64,000 nucleotides of DNA. It comes from Anaerolineae bacterium. Its GTDB lineage: Bacteria; Chloroflexota; Anaerolineae; UBA1429. The position numbers and the translations under genes were made by a program. Below are positions 16,537 to 25,957 of this stretch, one piece after another. Below the pieces are notes generated by a model. It was not told the DNA's origin and did no database searches. It was given only the letters and a program-made list of their open reading frames with translations. Each line of letters opens with the position of its first letter. Positions within the stretch are counted from its first letter, which is position 1. The stretch is taken from the NCBI GenBank assembly GCA_040772225.1, contig JAXGYO010000002.1, positions 1,066,767 through 1,130,766 of the forward strand. The letters run 5' to 3'.

Positions 16537-17502
16537 ATGGATGCATTCGCACGCGCGCTGATTGCAGGAATTGAATCGATCGCCAGCCCGGGGCTGGTGG
16601 CGGTCCTGGTGGCGCTGGCCATCGGCGCCCTGATCCTGGCGCTCAGGCCGAGCCCCGCCGGGCGTTCCGTGCAGGAGCGGCTGGATGGCTATGGCGAGCC
16701 GGAGGTCGATGACCTGATCGACAACGAGCGCATGTCCCGCGGTTTCGCCGAGCGGGTGCTCTGGCCCGCCCTGCGCAGCATCCTGCGCTCTGTGGGCCGG
16801 CTCCTGCCGGGGCGCGCCACCGCGGACACGGAGCGGATGCTGGTGGTTGCCGGGCGGCCGGGGGGGCTCACAGCGCTGGATTTCTGGGGGCTGCGATTAT
16901 TGCTCGCCGCAGTGGCGGGCAGTGCAATGGTGGCCCTGGCCTGGCGCGACCAGGCTCCGACTGCGGCGCTCTTCCGGGGCGCGCTGGCGGCCGGGCTGGG
17001 CTTCCTCTTACCCGTGATCTGGCTACGCTCCCGGGTCTCCTCCCGCAAGAACGAGATCCTGCGCGCGCTGCCCAACGCCCTGGACATGCTCTCCATCGGC
17101 GTGGAGGCGGGGCTGGGCTTTGAGGCCTCCATGCTCAAGGTGGGGGAGCAGTGGCAGAACGAACTCACCCGGGAGCTGCAGCGCACGGTGATGGAGATTC
17201 GCGTGGGGGTCACCCGCAACCAGGCGCTGGAGCACCTGGCGGCCCGCACCGACGTCCCCGAGCTCAACAGCTTTGTGGCCGTCCTGGTCCAGTCCACCGA
17301 ACTGGGCGTCTCCATCTCCGAGGTGCTGCACCAGCAGGCGGACCAGATGCGGGAAAAGCGCCGGCAGCGCGCCGAGGCACTGGCGCGGCAGGCGGCGGTC
17401 AAAATGCTCTTTCCCCTGGCGTTCTGCATCTTTCCCGCCTTGTTCGTCGTGATCCTCGGGCCGGCCGTCCCGCGCATCATGGAGTCGTTCAGCGGGCTCT
17501 AG
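16537..17502 (+). CDS. tadC: Tad pilus platform protein TadC (T2SS F-family)
   Basis: It starts 1 nt after the tadB stop. T2SSF core: LPNALDMLSIGVEAGLGFEASMLKVGEQWQNELTRELQRTVMEIRVGVTRNQALEHLAARTDVPEL, with C-terminal TM helices. Confidence 0.85.
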   Translation: MDAFARALIAGIESIASPGLVAVLVALAIGALILALRPSPAGRSVQERLDGYGEPEVDDLIDNERMSRGFAERVLWPALRSILRSVGRLLPGRATADTERMLVVAGRPGGLTALDFWGLRLLLAAVAGSAMVALAWRDQAPTAALFRGALAAGLGFLLPVIWLRSRVSSRKNEILRALPNALDMLSIGVEAGLGFEASMLKVGEQWQNELTRELQRTVMEIRVGVTRNQALEHLAARTDVPELNSFVAVLVQSTELGVSISEVLHQQADQMREKRRQRAEALARQAAVKMLFPLAFCIFPALFVVILGPAVPRIMESFSGL

Positions 17503-17544
17503 GCCATCGTCGATCCGCATCCCTGCAACGAGGGGAGTTGACCC

Positions 17545-20500
17545 GTGACCTTCTGGTCGATCCTGTTGCTGGCCATCCTCGGGGCCTATCTGCTGTCAAC
17601 TTTGGGCCCCTGGGCGGCGCTGTCGCTGCTCAACCGCAGCCTGCGCCGCCGCATGGCCGGCGTGCCCGCCATCGAGGCCCGCGCCCGCGAGCTGGATCAG
17701 GCCCGGGCCAGCGCCCGCGCCGCCTTCCCGGAGGTGCCCCGTCCCGGAATGTACGCCGATCTGGACCGGCAGGCCCACACCCTGCTGGCGCAGCTCGCGG
17801 AGGAGGCGCAGCGGCTGGATACCCAGCGCACCGACCTGCTCTTTTTCTCGCCCGCCGAGCCCGGCCTGCTGGATATCCTGCGCTGGGGCGCCTGGCCCCC
17901 GCTGCTGGACGCCCTGCGGGTGCTGAGCGGCCTGAACCACATCGATGAGACCATCGCCGGCAGCGAGCGGATGCTGTTCCAGCTCGATGAGCTCAAGCAC
18001 AGCATCGCGGCGCTGGCGCGGGCCCCCCGGCAGCGGCTGCGGGCCGCGCTGGAGGGACTGGATGCGCTGGAGGGCACCCTGGCCGCCGACCGCGCCGAGG
18101 GCGTGAACGGCATCGCGGTGGACCCGGCCGAGATCGCGGCGGTGCGCAGCGACCTGCACGCCGCCCTGGAGCGCATCGACCACGACCAGGAGATCGGGTT
18201 GCAGGTGCCGCAGATCTCGCGCCAGGTGGACACGGCGCTGGCCCAAGCCCACCCCGCCATCGACAGGATGCGCGCCATCCGCGACGAGGCCCGCCTGCGC
18301 CATGACGCGGCCGTGACGCGTGAGACGCTGGCCGCCGCGCTGAGCGAGGCGCGGGCCCGCGTGCAGGGGCTGTCGCCCGACGAGGGCGCTGAGGAGCAGG
18401 TCGGCGAGCTGGACGCCGCCGCGGCAGAGGTCCGCGCGATGCTGGCGCGCCTGGCGCAGCCGGAGGCGGCCGATGCCACGGACCTGGCCACAGCGGTGGC
18501 CGCCGCTGGCGCGCTGAGCGAGACGCTGGCGGCGCTGGGCTACCCGCGGGTGGCGCCAGCGCCAGAGCCGGAGACCGCCGGCGGGTACGAGGCTGAGTCG
18601 GAGGTTGCGCCGGAGCCGGCCGCGGAGGGGGAGGCGGTCGCCGCGGGCGCGCAAGTACTTGACGATGAGCCCGAGGCGGGCGAGAATGAGGTAGCGGAGG
18701 GAGCCGCTGTCGTTGCCTACGAGGCGCGGGAGCCCGGCGAGGACATGGAGGCGGCGCCCGGCGCCCTCGAGGATGAGGAGCTGACGCTTGAGCCAGAGCC
18801 GGAGCCAGAGATGCCGGCGAATCTGCCCCTGAGCGGCTATGTGCGGTCCGGCCGCGAGGCGCCCGCTGTCCCGGCAACCGCCGGCGCAGGGGGCGAGCGG
18901 GGTCTCGGCACCAGCATCACCCGGGCGGTGGAGGAGCAGTTGAGCAAAGAGGCGAGCAGGACCGAGCGCGAGGAAGAGCCCGGCGCCCACCCTGAGGAGG
19001 CCGGGACGATGGAGGCTACCGCCGGGTCCGAGGCTGCCGGCCACGCGCCCGTAGGGAAAAGGCGCAGGCTGTCCTTCTGGCCCTTACGCGGGCGCGCCCG
19101 CACTGCCCCTGCCCCAGAGCCGGAGGTACAGGTGCCCGCCGGTCCGCAGCCCGTCTATGAGCAAGCCTCGGCGGACCCTGCCTTCCAGCGAGCGATGCAG
19201 GCCATCCAGACGGACGATCACGCGGGCGGGCTGGCCACCCTGCAGGCCCTGCGCGCGCACTATCCCCATGACGACAACCTGGAGCGTGTCATCCAATGGG
19301 CCAGCATGCGCTCGGACCTAAAGCCCGAGAAAAAGGCGCGGCCGCGCCAGATCATCGTCAATTGGCGGCGGGTCGCCGTCACGGTGGTGCTGGCCTCGGC
19401 GGTCATCCTTGCCGGATTCTATGCTGTGGTCGGCGTGCGCCGCTACGTCCTGCCGGTGCTCGCCGAGCGCCGCGCTGAGACGAACTATGTGCGCCTGGTG
19501 GCGCGCTGCGACGGCCTGCTGGCGGCGGAGAATATCGCCGAGGCGGAGACCTGCTACAACGAAGCACTGGCGCAGCGCCCCGACGACGAGGCTGTGCAGA
19601 TGGCCCTGCAGGACATCGAGAGCCGCAACAAGCTGGCGGCCGCCTACTCGGCCTGCGTATCGGCCTACGACGCCGGCAACAGCGAGGAGACCCTGGCCCG
19701 CTGCCAGGAGGTGCAGATGATCGCGCCCGGGTACCGCGACGTGCAGGATCGCATCCTGACGATCACGCAGCGCGCGCGCCTGGACGAGATCTATGAGGGG
19801 GCGGCGCAGGCCCTCGAGATGGGCCTGCTGGAGGACGCGCTGGCGGGGTTCGAGCAACTGGCCAGCCTGGATACCAACTATCGCGCCCAGGAGGTCAAGG
19901 ACGCCCGCGTGCAGATCTATATCGCGCTGGGCAGGGAGATCGTGTCGGGCAGCGACCCGCAGCTCGATCTGCTGCTGACCGCCAACAACTATTTCGCCAA
20001 AGCGCTGCAGCTCAGCCCCACCCAGCCCGAGGCCCAGCAGGAGCGCCGCCTGTCGTCGCTCTTTTCCGAGGGGGTCTCGCTGTACCAGGAGGGCCGCTGG
20101 GAGGACGCGATCGTGCGCCTGCGCGGCGTCTACGACCAGCGCCCCTCCTACTTCCAGCAGACGCTGCTGTCGATGCTGTATGATGCCTACATCCGGAACG
20201 GCGACCAGTATCGTGCCGTCGAGGACATCGGCGCGGCGTACGAGCGCTATTATCGCGCCAGCCAGTTGCCGGTGGCCGACACGGCCCTGGCGCAGTTGCG
20301 CCTGGCCGAGGTGTTGCCCCTGATTACGCCCACACCCATGCCGACGATCACGCCGACGCCAACCGCCACGCTGGTGCCCACGCGGCCGCCCGCCGGCGGG
20401 GTCGCCGTTGCTACGCCGCGCCCGACAGCGCTGCCGACGCCGCGACCCATGGACGCCTACGCCAACCGCATCATCTACCGCTCGCTACAGGCGGACCAGC

Positions 20501-21033
20501 CGGGCTATTACGTGCGCGAGGCGACCGGGGCCAACCCGACCTATCTCGGGCCCACCGGCGGAAACCTGGACCAGCAGTACAAGGCGCTCCTGGACCGGTA
20601 CATGTTCTCACCGGACGGCCGCTACCGCCTCTTTGTGGGTTCTACGGGCGCCAACCAGACGGCGATCTTTATAGAGCCGCCTTCGGAGGAGCGCGCGGCA
20701 GGGGCCACCAGCCAGCAGTTGACGAACCTGAACGGCCTGAGCTGGGATCCGGCCTGGTCGCCGGACGGGGGACGGATCGTGTTTGTGAGCAACACCACGG
20801 GCAGCGACGACATCTGGATCGTCAACGCGGACGGAAGCGGGCTCAGGAACCTCACCATCGGCATGCAGAGCTGGGACAAGCGGCCCTCGTGGTCCCCCGA
20901 TGGCACGCGCATCGTGTTCTGGTCGGACCGCAGCGGCCTGATGCAGCTGCACGTGATGGACGCCGACGGGCAAAATGTACGCAATATCAGCCAGACCACT
21001 TGGGATGAGACCGACCCACTCTGGGTTCGCTAG
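17545..21033 (+). CDS. Large membrane protein: N-terminal TM, Ala-rich coiled-coil/acidic region, second TM, TPR-like repeats, Pro/Thr linker, TolB-like (PD40) beta-propeller
   Basis: 1162 aa with a GTG start after GAGGGGAG. TM segments at TFWSILLLAILGAYLL and VAVTVVLASAVILAGFYAVVGV. TPR-like segments (AEAETCYNEALAQRPDDEAVQMAL...). Linker ITPTPMPTITPTPTATLVPTRPP. PD40-type repeats (FSPDGRYRLF, WSPDGGRIVFVSNTTGSDDIWIVNADGSGLRNLT, WSPDGTRIVFWSDRSGLMQLHVMDADGQN). Confidence 0.8.
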   Translation: MTFWSILLLAILGAYLLSTLGPWAALSLLNRSLRRRMAGVPAIEARARELDQARASARAAFPEVPRPGMYADLDRQAHTLLAQLAEEAQRLDTQRTDLLFFSPAEPGLLDILRWGAWPPLLDALRVLSGLNHIDETIAGSERMLFQLDELKHSIAALARAPRQRLRAALEGLDALEGTLAADRAEGVNGIAVDPAEIAAVRSDLHAALERIDHDQEIGLQVPQISRQVDTALAQAHPAIDRMRAIRDEARLRHDAAVTRETLAAALSEARARVQGLSPDEGAEEQVGELDAAAAEVRAMLARLAQPEAADATDLATAVAAAGALSETLAALGYPRVAPAPEPETAGGYEAESEVAPEPAAEGEAVAAGAQVLDDEPEAGENEVAEGAAVVAYEAREPGEDMEAAPGALEDEELTLEPEPEPEMPANLPLSGYVRSGREAPAVPATAGAGGERGLGTSITRAVEEQLSKEASRTEREEEPGAHPEEAGTMEATAGSEAAGHAPVGKRRRLSFWPLRGRARTAPAPEPEVQVPAGPQPVYEQASADPAFQRAMQAIQTDDHAGGLATLQALRAHYPHDDNLERVIQWASMRSDLKPEKKARPRQIIVNWRRVAVTVVLASAVILAGFYAVVGVRRYVLPVLAERRAETNYVRLVARCDGLLAAENIAEAETCYNEALAQRPDDEAVQMALQDIESRNKLAAAYSACVSAYDAGNSEETLARCQEVQMIAPGYRDVQDRILTITQRARLDEIYEGAAQALEMGLLEDALAGFEQLASLDTNYRAQEVKDARVQIYIALGREIVSGSDPQLDLLLTANNYFAKALQLSPTQPEAQQERRLSSLFSEGVSLYQEGRWEDAIVRLRGVYDQRPSYFQQTLLSMLYDAYIRNGDQYRAVEDIGAAYERYYRASQLPVADTALAQLRLAEVLPLITPTPMPTITPTPTATLVPTRPPAGGVAVATPRPTALPTPRPMDAYANRIIYRSLQADQPGYYVREATGANPTYLGPTGGNLDQQYKALLDRYMFSPDGRYRLFVGSTGANQTAIFIEPPSEERAAGATSQQLTNLNGLSWDPAWSPDGGRIVFVSNTTGSDDIWIVNADGSGLRNLTIGMQSWDKRPSWSPDGTRIVFWSDRSGLMQLHVMDADGQNVRNISQTTWDETDPLWVR

Positions 21034-21065
21034 CGTGATAACACTTGCCGGAAGGTGGTAGACAT

Positions 21066-22412
21066 ATGCGCCGATTGAATGGAACAGCACGCCCGATGAC
21101 CCGCACCGAAGCGCCGGAGCAGACCAGGGATAGTGAAGCACTGGCATCGATCCTGGATCAGGTGCAACGCCGCCTGCTGGCGGAGATCAATCCGACGACC
21201 GACATGAGCAGCCGCGAGCAGGTCCTGCCCACCATCGACGGCATCTTTAACGAGGTCGTCCGCGATTCCAAGGTGCCCCTCAGCCGCGCCGAGCGCGAGG
21301 AGATGCGCAACGCCATCATCGCCAACATCCTCGGCTATGGCCCGCTGGAGGCCCTTCTCGCGGATGATAGCGTCACGGAAATTCTGGTCAACGGCCCCTC
21401 CCAGGTCTATGTGGAGCGGCGCGGGCGCATGATGGAGACGGACATCACCTTCCGCAGCAACGCGGACCTGATGCGCATCGTCGACCGCATCGTGACGCCG
21501 CTGGGCCGCCGCGTGGACGAATCCAGCCCGATGGTGGACGCTCGCCTGCCCGACGGCTCCCGCGTCAACATCATTATCCCGCCGCTCTGCCTGAATGGGC
21601 CCACGATCAGCATCCGCAAGTTCGCCAAGGGCGTGTTCACCGAGGCGGACTATTTGAGGATGGGTTCATTGAGCCAGAACATGGTGGATTTTATGCGCGC
21701 CTGCGTCATGGCGCGTCAGAATATCGTCGTCTCGGGCGGCACGGGCACAGGCAAGACGACGATGCTGAACATGCTGTCCAGTTTTCTGCCCTCCTCAGAG
21801 CGTATCGTGACCATCGAGGATGCGGCCGAGCTGCAGCTCAACCAGCGGCACCTGGTGCGCCTGGAGGCCCGCCCGCCCAACATCGAGGGCCGCGGCGAGG
21901 TCACCATCCGCCAGCTCGTGATCAACGCGCTGCGCATGCGCCCGGACCGGATCATCGTCGGCGAAGTCCGCGGCGGCGAGGCGCTGGACATGCTCCAGGC
22001 AATGAACACCGGTCACGACGGCTCGATGACCACCGCCCACTCGAACAGCGCGCGCGACACGCTGGCCCGTGTGGAGACCATGGTGCTGATGGCTGGCACG
22101 GACATGCCGCTGCGCGCCATCCGCGAGCAGATCGCCTCCGCCTTTGACCTCATCATCCACCTGGAGCGCATGTCCGACGGCTCGCGCAAGGTCGTGCAGG
22201 TCTCTGAGGTACAGGGGCTTGAGGGCGAAGTGATCGTCATGCAGGACATCTTCCGCTTTGAGCAGACCGGCGTGAACGACGGCCGTGTTGAAGGTGTCTT
22301 TACCCCAACGGGCATCCGGCCCAAGTTCGTCGAGCTCTTCCCCGCCAAGGGCATTCCGGTGCAGGCCGAGTGGTTCACCCCCGAGCGGGCGGCCGCGCGG
22401 CGCTGGCGATAG
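21066..22412 (+). CDS. tadA: Tad pilus secretion ATPase TadA/CpaF
   Basis: Walker [16 protein letters not shown] and Walker B/Asp box [11 protein letters not shown]. His-box region [16 protein letters not shown], and [19 protein letters not shown] place the start at ATG 21066, after AAGGTGG. Confidence 0.95.
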   Translation: MRRLNGTARPMTRTEAPEQTRDSEALASILDQVQRRLLAEINPTTDMSSREQVLPTIDGIFNEVVRDSKVPLSRAEREEMRNAIIANILGYGPLEALLADDSVTEILVNGPSQVYVERRGRMMETDITFRSNADLMRIVDRIVTPLGRRVDESSPMVDARLPDGSRVNIIIPPLCLNGPTISIRKFAKGVFTEADYLRMGSLSQNMVDFMRACVMARQNIVVSGGTGTGKTTMLNMLSSFLPSSERIVTIEDAAELQLNQRHLVRLEARPPNIEGRGEVTIRQLVINALRMRPDRIIVGEVRGGEALDMLQAMNTGHDGSMTTAHSNSARDTLARVETMVLMAGTDMPLRAIREQIASAFDLIIHLERMSDGSRKVVQVSEVQGLEGEVIVMQDIFRFEQTGVNDGRVEGVFTPTGIRPKFVELFPAKGIPVQAEWFTPERAAARRWR

Positions 22413-22421
22413 GAGCAGGCA

Positions 22422-23474
22422 ATGGCGCCATCCAACGGCAGTATGACCTGGTCCGCGGCCCGATTCGGTCACGACTACCCCGTCACGCTCAACGAGACGA
22501 TGGCAGCGGTCGACCGTCAAATCGCGTCGGGCGGCACGGCCGCGCTCCGGCCCATCCCCCTCGGGTTTTCGCCTCTGGACGAGATCCTGAGCGGCGGGCT
22601 CCGATCTGGCGACCTGATGGTCGTCGGCGGCGGCTATGGCGTCGGCAAGACGATCTTTGCGCTGCAGGTCGCCCGAAATGTGGTGCACAGCGACCCGGAC
22701 GCCGCCGCGCTCTATATCTGCTTTGAGCACGAGCCCGCACACCTCATGTCACGCCTGCTCTGTCTGGAGAGCGCGCTCGCCGGGCTCAAGCAGCAGGCGC
22801 TGACCCTGCGCCGCATCGATGCCATGATCTATGATGACGACACGCCGCAGGGCCTGGACGATTGTTTGCGGCACGCGCCGCGCTTTGGCGGCGTCATGCA
22901 GACGATCGACAGCTATGCCTCCCGTCTGGTGTTCATCCGCGCTGGCGGCACGACGGGAACGGTCTCCCGAATTCAGGAGTGGGTACAGGATGTGCAGAGC
23001 CGCGGGAGCAGCCGGGTACTGGTGGTGATCGACTATCTGCAAAAGATACCCATCGAGGGCATGGAGATCGAGACCGAGGATGAGCGCACGATTCAGGTTA
23101 TCCAGGCCCTCAAGGAGATGGCCATGAGCAGCGGTGTGCGCGTGCTTGGCCTGGCGGCCATGAACCAGCTGGGGTTGCGCTCCAGGCGGATGCGCCTCTC
23201 CGATATGCGCGGCGGCACCGCCCTGCAATACGAGGCCGATGTGGGCGTGGTGCTGCACAACAAGCGCGACATCGTCAGCCGCGAGCACCTGGTATACAAC
23301 CAGACCCAGGCCGATGAGATGCGCAATTGGCTGGTGATGAGCATTGAGAAGAACCGTTCGGGTGCCGGAGCGGTCGATCTCGAGTATGCACTGGAGGCAG
23401 CGCACTTTCGGCTCATCGCCGAGGGTCGCCATGTCAGGGATCGTCTGGTCGACGAGCGCGTCGTGCTGGACTAG
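22422..23474 (+). CDS. KaiC/RadA/DnaB-C-like RecA-fold ATPase (possible ArlH/FlaH analogue)
   Basis: 350 aa, starting 9 nt after the tadA stop with AGGAGCAGG SD. Signature PLGFSPLDEILSGGLRSGDLMVVGGGYGVGKTIFALQVARNVV (Walker A GxxxxGKT). Walker B-like SRVLVVIDYLQKIP. Family assignment is by motif only. Confidence 0.8.
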   Translation: MAPSNGSMTWSAARFGHDYPVTLNETMAAVDRQIASGGTAALRPIPLGFSPLDEILSGGLRSGDLMVVGGGYGVGKTIFALQVARNVVHSDPDAAALYICFEHEPAHLMSRLLCLESALAGLKQQALTLRRIDAMIYDDDTPQGLDDCLRHAPRFGGVMQTIDSYASRLVFIRAGGTTGTVSRIQEWVQDVQSRGSSRVLVVIDYLQKIPIEGMEIETEDERTIQVIQALKEMAMSSGVRVLGLAAMNQLGLRSRRMRLSDMRGGTALQYEADVGVVLHNKRDIVSREHLVYNQTQADEMRNWLVMSIEKNRSGAGAVDLEYALEAAHFRLIAEGRHVRDRLVDERVVLD

Positions 23475-23571
23475 GCACGCCGCGTCATCGGGGAGGGAGC
23501 AGGCGGCGAGCCGCAACGTCAGGACCCAGGATCACTGACCACGAGGCAGCCATAGCCGAGAGGAGCAGGCG

Positions 23572-25461
23572 ATGGACAGGGCAAGGGAAAGGACAACTGC
23601 CGACGAGGAGAGCGCTGCGGTCGAAGATCAACTGAACGCAGTGCTCGCCGAGGGCGAGCATCTGGTCGCCAAACCGGTGCTCCGCGGTGAGGCGCTGGAC
23701 TATGTCATCGTCGCCGAGCAGGCGCTGTTTGTCCTGCACGTTCGCAACTGGAAGGGGCAGATCCGACCCGCCGCGCGCGGCGCCTGGCGCCAGCGGCTCG
23801 ATTCAGGCGAGGTGGTTACCCACGCCAATCCCAAATCCGCGATTCGCCGCAAGCAACAGGCCGTTCAGCGTTTTCTCGAGAGCGCCTTTCCCGCCACCCG
23901 GGTCACCTGCCACCATCTGATTGTGCTTACGGATCCCTCCGCCCAGGTGTTCCTGCACGGAGCCGCCGATCCGCCGGTGGTCGAGATCGGCAATCTGCGC
24001 AGTGAGATGGACAGTCTGATGCTGGCCAGCCGCGGCGATGTGCTGGATGCCCCACTGCGGGAATCGTTGGCAGAAGCCTTTTCCGGCCGAGCCTACCAGA
24101 CCTTTGAGATGGCGAACCAGCCCTTTATCTTTCGTTCCGGGGGCTTTTTCGGGTTCGGCAAGCGCGCACACACCATCCAGCAGGTCATCAAGCACCTCGA
24201 GCAGCATCCTCAGGACGGCATCTACCATCTCTGGAACGGCTCGCTGGCCCAGTGGCTGCGCGAGCAGGGCGCCACGCACCTGGCGGACCTGGCCGTGCAG
24301 GCCATTCGCCACCCCGACAGTGAGCGCATCGCGCTGGAGACATTCCTGCAGCAGTCCGGCCTGGTGGACCGCCCGAGGCTGGTGCAAACACCGCCACGTC
24401 TCAACTTTCATTATGTAGGTGTCGGAGAGCGGGCCGCGATGATCTGGCGCCTCCGCAAAGGCCGTCGCAGCCGCGGATACCTGCATGGTTCCGCCATCAG
24501 CCGCACGCCCTGGCTGCAGGTTGCCCAGGCCTCCTTTGAAGGGCAGATGGACGCGACCGTCACGGTGGACACCGAGGCGATCCCCATCACTGAACGGCCG
24601 GCCCGCGGCCACATCGAGCTGGACACCAATGCCACAGAGCAGCCCATGGACGTGGAGGTGCTCGTGAACGTGCGCTCGAGGCCCTCCACCTTTGAGACGC
24701 GTATCATCCGCCCGCTATGGGGGCTGTTACTGGGCGCGATCATCGGCGCCCTCATCGGCGTGGCCCTGCACACCCTGGGCCTGGACGAGGGCCTCAGCGA
24801 CTGGCTTGCCGCCCGCATACCCTGGCTGCCGCCCGTCGCTGCCAATCAGGCCCTGCCTGCTCTGATTGGTCTGCTATGGGCGATTCTGGGATTCATCCGG
24901 GGCTGGCACCAGCGCTGGGCCTGGCCCACCTGGTATGCCACGCTCCGCTGGCTGGGCCGCACCCTCGCCTGGATGGCCGGCCTCGCGCTGGCCGCCATAG
25001 CAGGCTATGCCCTGCTCCGCTGGCTCTTTCCCATTGTGGAGGGCTGGGCGACGCCCGAGTCCTCTAAACATGCAGCGTTGCTCGGTGCCGCCCTGGGCGT
25101 GATCCCGGGCAGCATCGGCGAGATTCGCGCCTCGCACTATCGCGGCGTGGTCAATCTGGAGCCGCATCCCGTGCGCCGCGTCCTGCGGCCGGTCGCCTGG
25201 GCTGCTCTGGGCGTCGCGCTCCTGGTGGTGATCGTGGGTAGCGTCCGGTTCTTTGCCCCGCAGGTCACCGTTCAGGGAGCGGCAGCAGAGGGGCGCAGCC
25301 GGCTCGAGATTTGGATGGATGCCCGTGAAAGCGATTTGACGGACTTGCGCGACGGGGTACTTTTGCGCTATCATGATAGGAGAGCGACGCCAATTGCCTC
25401 GCCAGCGGCAACCACGCGCCCGACGCAGGCGCCGCCCGCCACGTCGACTCCCGCACCCTGA
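23572..25461 (+). CDS. NERD-domain-like membrane protein
   Basis: 629 aa with GAGAGGAGCAGG SD. The N-terminus LDYVIVAEQALFVLHVRNWKGQIRPAARGAWRQRL...THANPKSAIRRKQQAVQRFL matches the NERD pattern. The C-terminal third has four to five hydrophobic helices (LWGLLLGAIIGALIGVAL, ALPALIGLLWAILGFI, LAWMAGLALAAIAGYALL, VAWAALGVALLVVIVGSV) and a Pro/Thr tail. Confidence 0.75.
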   Translation: MDRARERTTADEESAAVEDQLNAVLAEGEHLVAKPVLRGEALDYVIVAEQALFVLHVRNWKGQIRPAARGAWRQRLDSGEVVTHANPKSAIRRKQQAVQRFLESAFPATRVTCHHLIVLTDPSAQVFLHGAADPPVVEIGNLRSEMDSLMLASRGDVLDAPLRESLAEAFSGRAYQTFEMANQPFIFRSGGFFGFGKRAHTIQQVIKHLEQHPQDGIYHLWNGSLAQWLREQGATHLADLAVQAIRHPDSERIALETFLQQSGLVDRPRLVQTPPRLNFHYVGVGERAAMIWRLRKGRRSRGYLHGSAISRTPWLQVAQASFEGQMDATVTVDTEAIPITERPARGHIELDTNATEQPMDVEVLVNVRSRPSTFETRIIRPLWGLLLGAIIGALIGVALHTLGLDEGLSDWLAARIPWLPPVAANQALPALIGLLWAILGFIRGWHQRWAWPTWYATLRWLGRTLAWMAGLALAAIAGYALLRWLFPIVEGWATPESSKHAALLGAALGVIPGSIGEIRASHYRGVVNLEPHPVRRVLRPVAWAALGVALLVVIVGSVRFFAPQVTVQGAAAEGRSRLEIWMDARESDLTDLRDGVLLRYHDRRATPIASPAATTRPTQAPPATSTPAP

Positions 25462-25464
25462 AGG

Positions 25465-25899
25465 ATGGCCGTTATTGTGAACGCCATACACAGACGAAGT
25501 GAACGCCAGCGCGGCCAGGCACTGGTCGAGACTGCGCTGAGTATGTTGATCGTCCTGGTGCTGCTGGCCGGCATGGTAGACCTCGGGTTTGCACTGGGTG
25601 CACGAGTAGCCGTCAGCAGCGCTTCTCGCGAGGGCGCACGCTTTGGGTCTCGATACCCGGAGAACGACGCGGCCATCGTGGCTGCCGCCAGGGGCGCCCT
25701 GCCCAATACACTGGTCCCCGCCCTCCAGGCGACCGTGACCATCAGCCCTACGCTACCTTCGGGGCGCACCCAGTGGCACGACCTCGAAGTCAGCGTGCGC
25801 TACAACTATCAGCCCTTCCTCGGGAACCTGTTTGGCATATCAGGCACAATCCCTATGACAGCCACAACAACCATGGTGATCAGTGGTGGACCGAACTGA
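25465..25899 (+). CDS. tadE: TadE-like pseudopilin
   Basis: 144 aa, starting 3 nt after the upstream stop. N-terminus RSERQRGQALVETALSMLIVLVLLAGMVDLGFAL is the TadE N-terminal motif (G/QxxVE plus a hydrophobic helix). Confidence 0.8.
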   Translation: MAVIVNAIHRRSERQRGQALVETALSMLIVLVLLAGMVDLGFALGARVAVSSASREGARFGSRYPENDAAIVAAARGALPNTLVPALQATVTISPTLPSGRTQWHDLEVSVRYNYQPFLGNLFGISGTIPMTATTTMVISGGPN

Positions 25900-25957
25900 C
25901 ACGCGGGCAGTTTGAAGGACATCCTGTAATGGCATGGGTTCGTGAAGGCGGTGTGAG

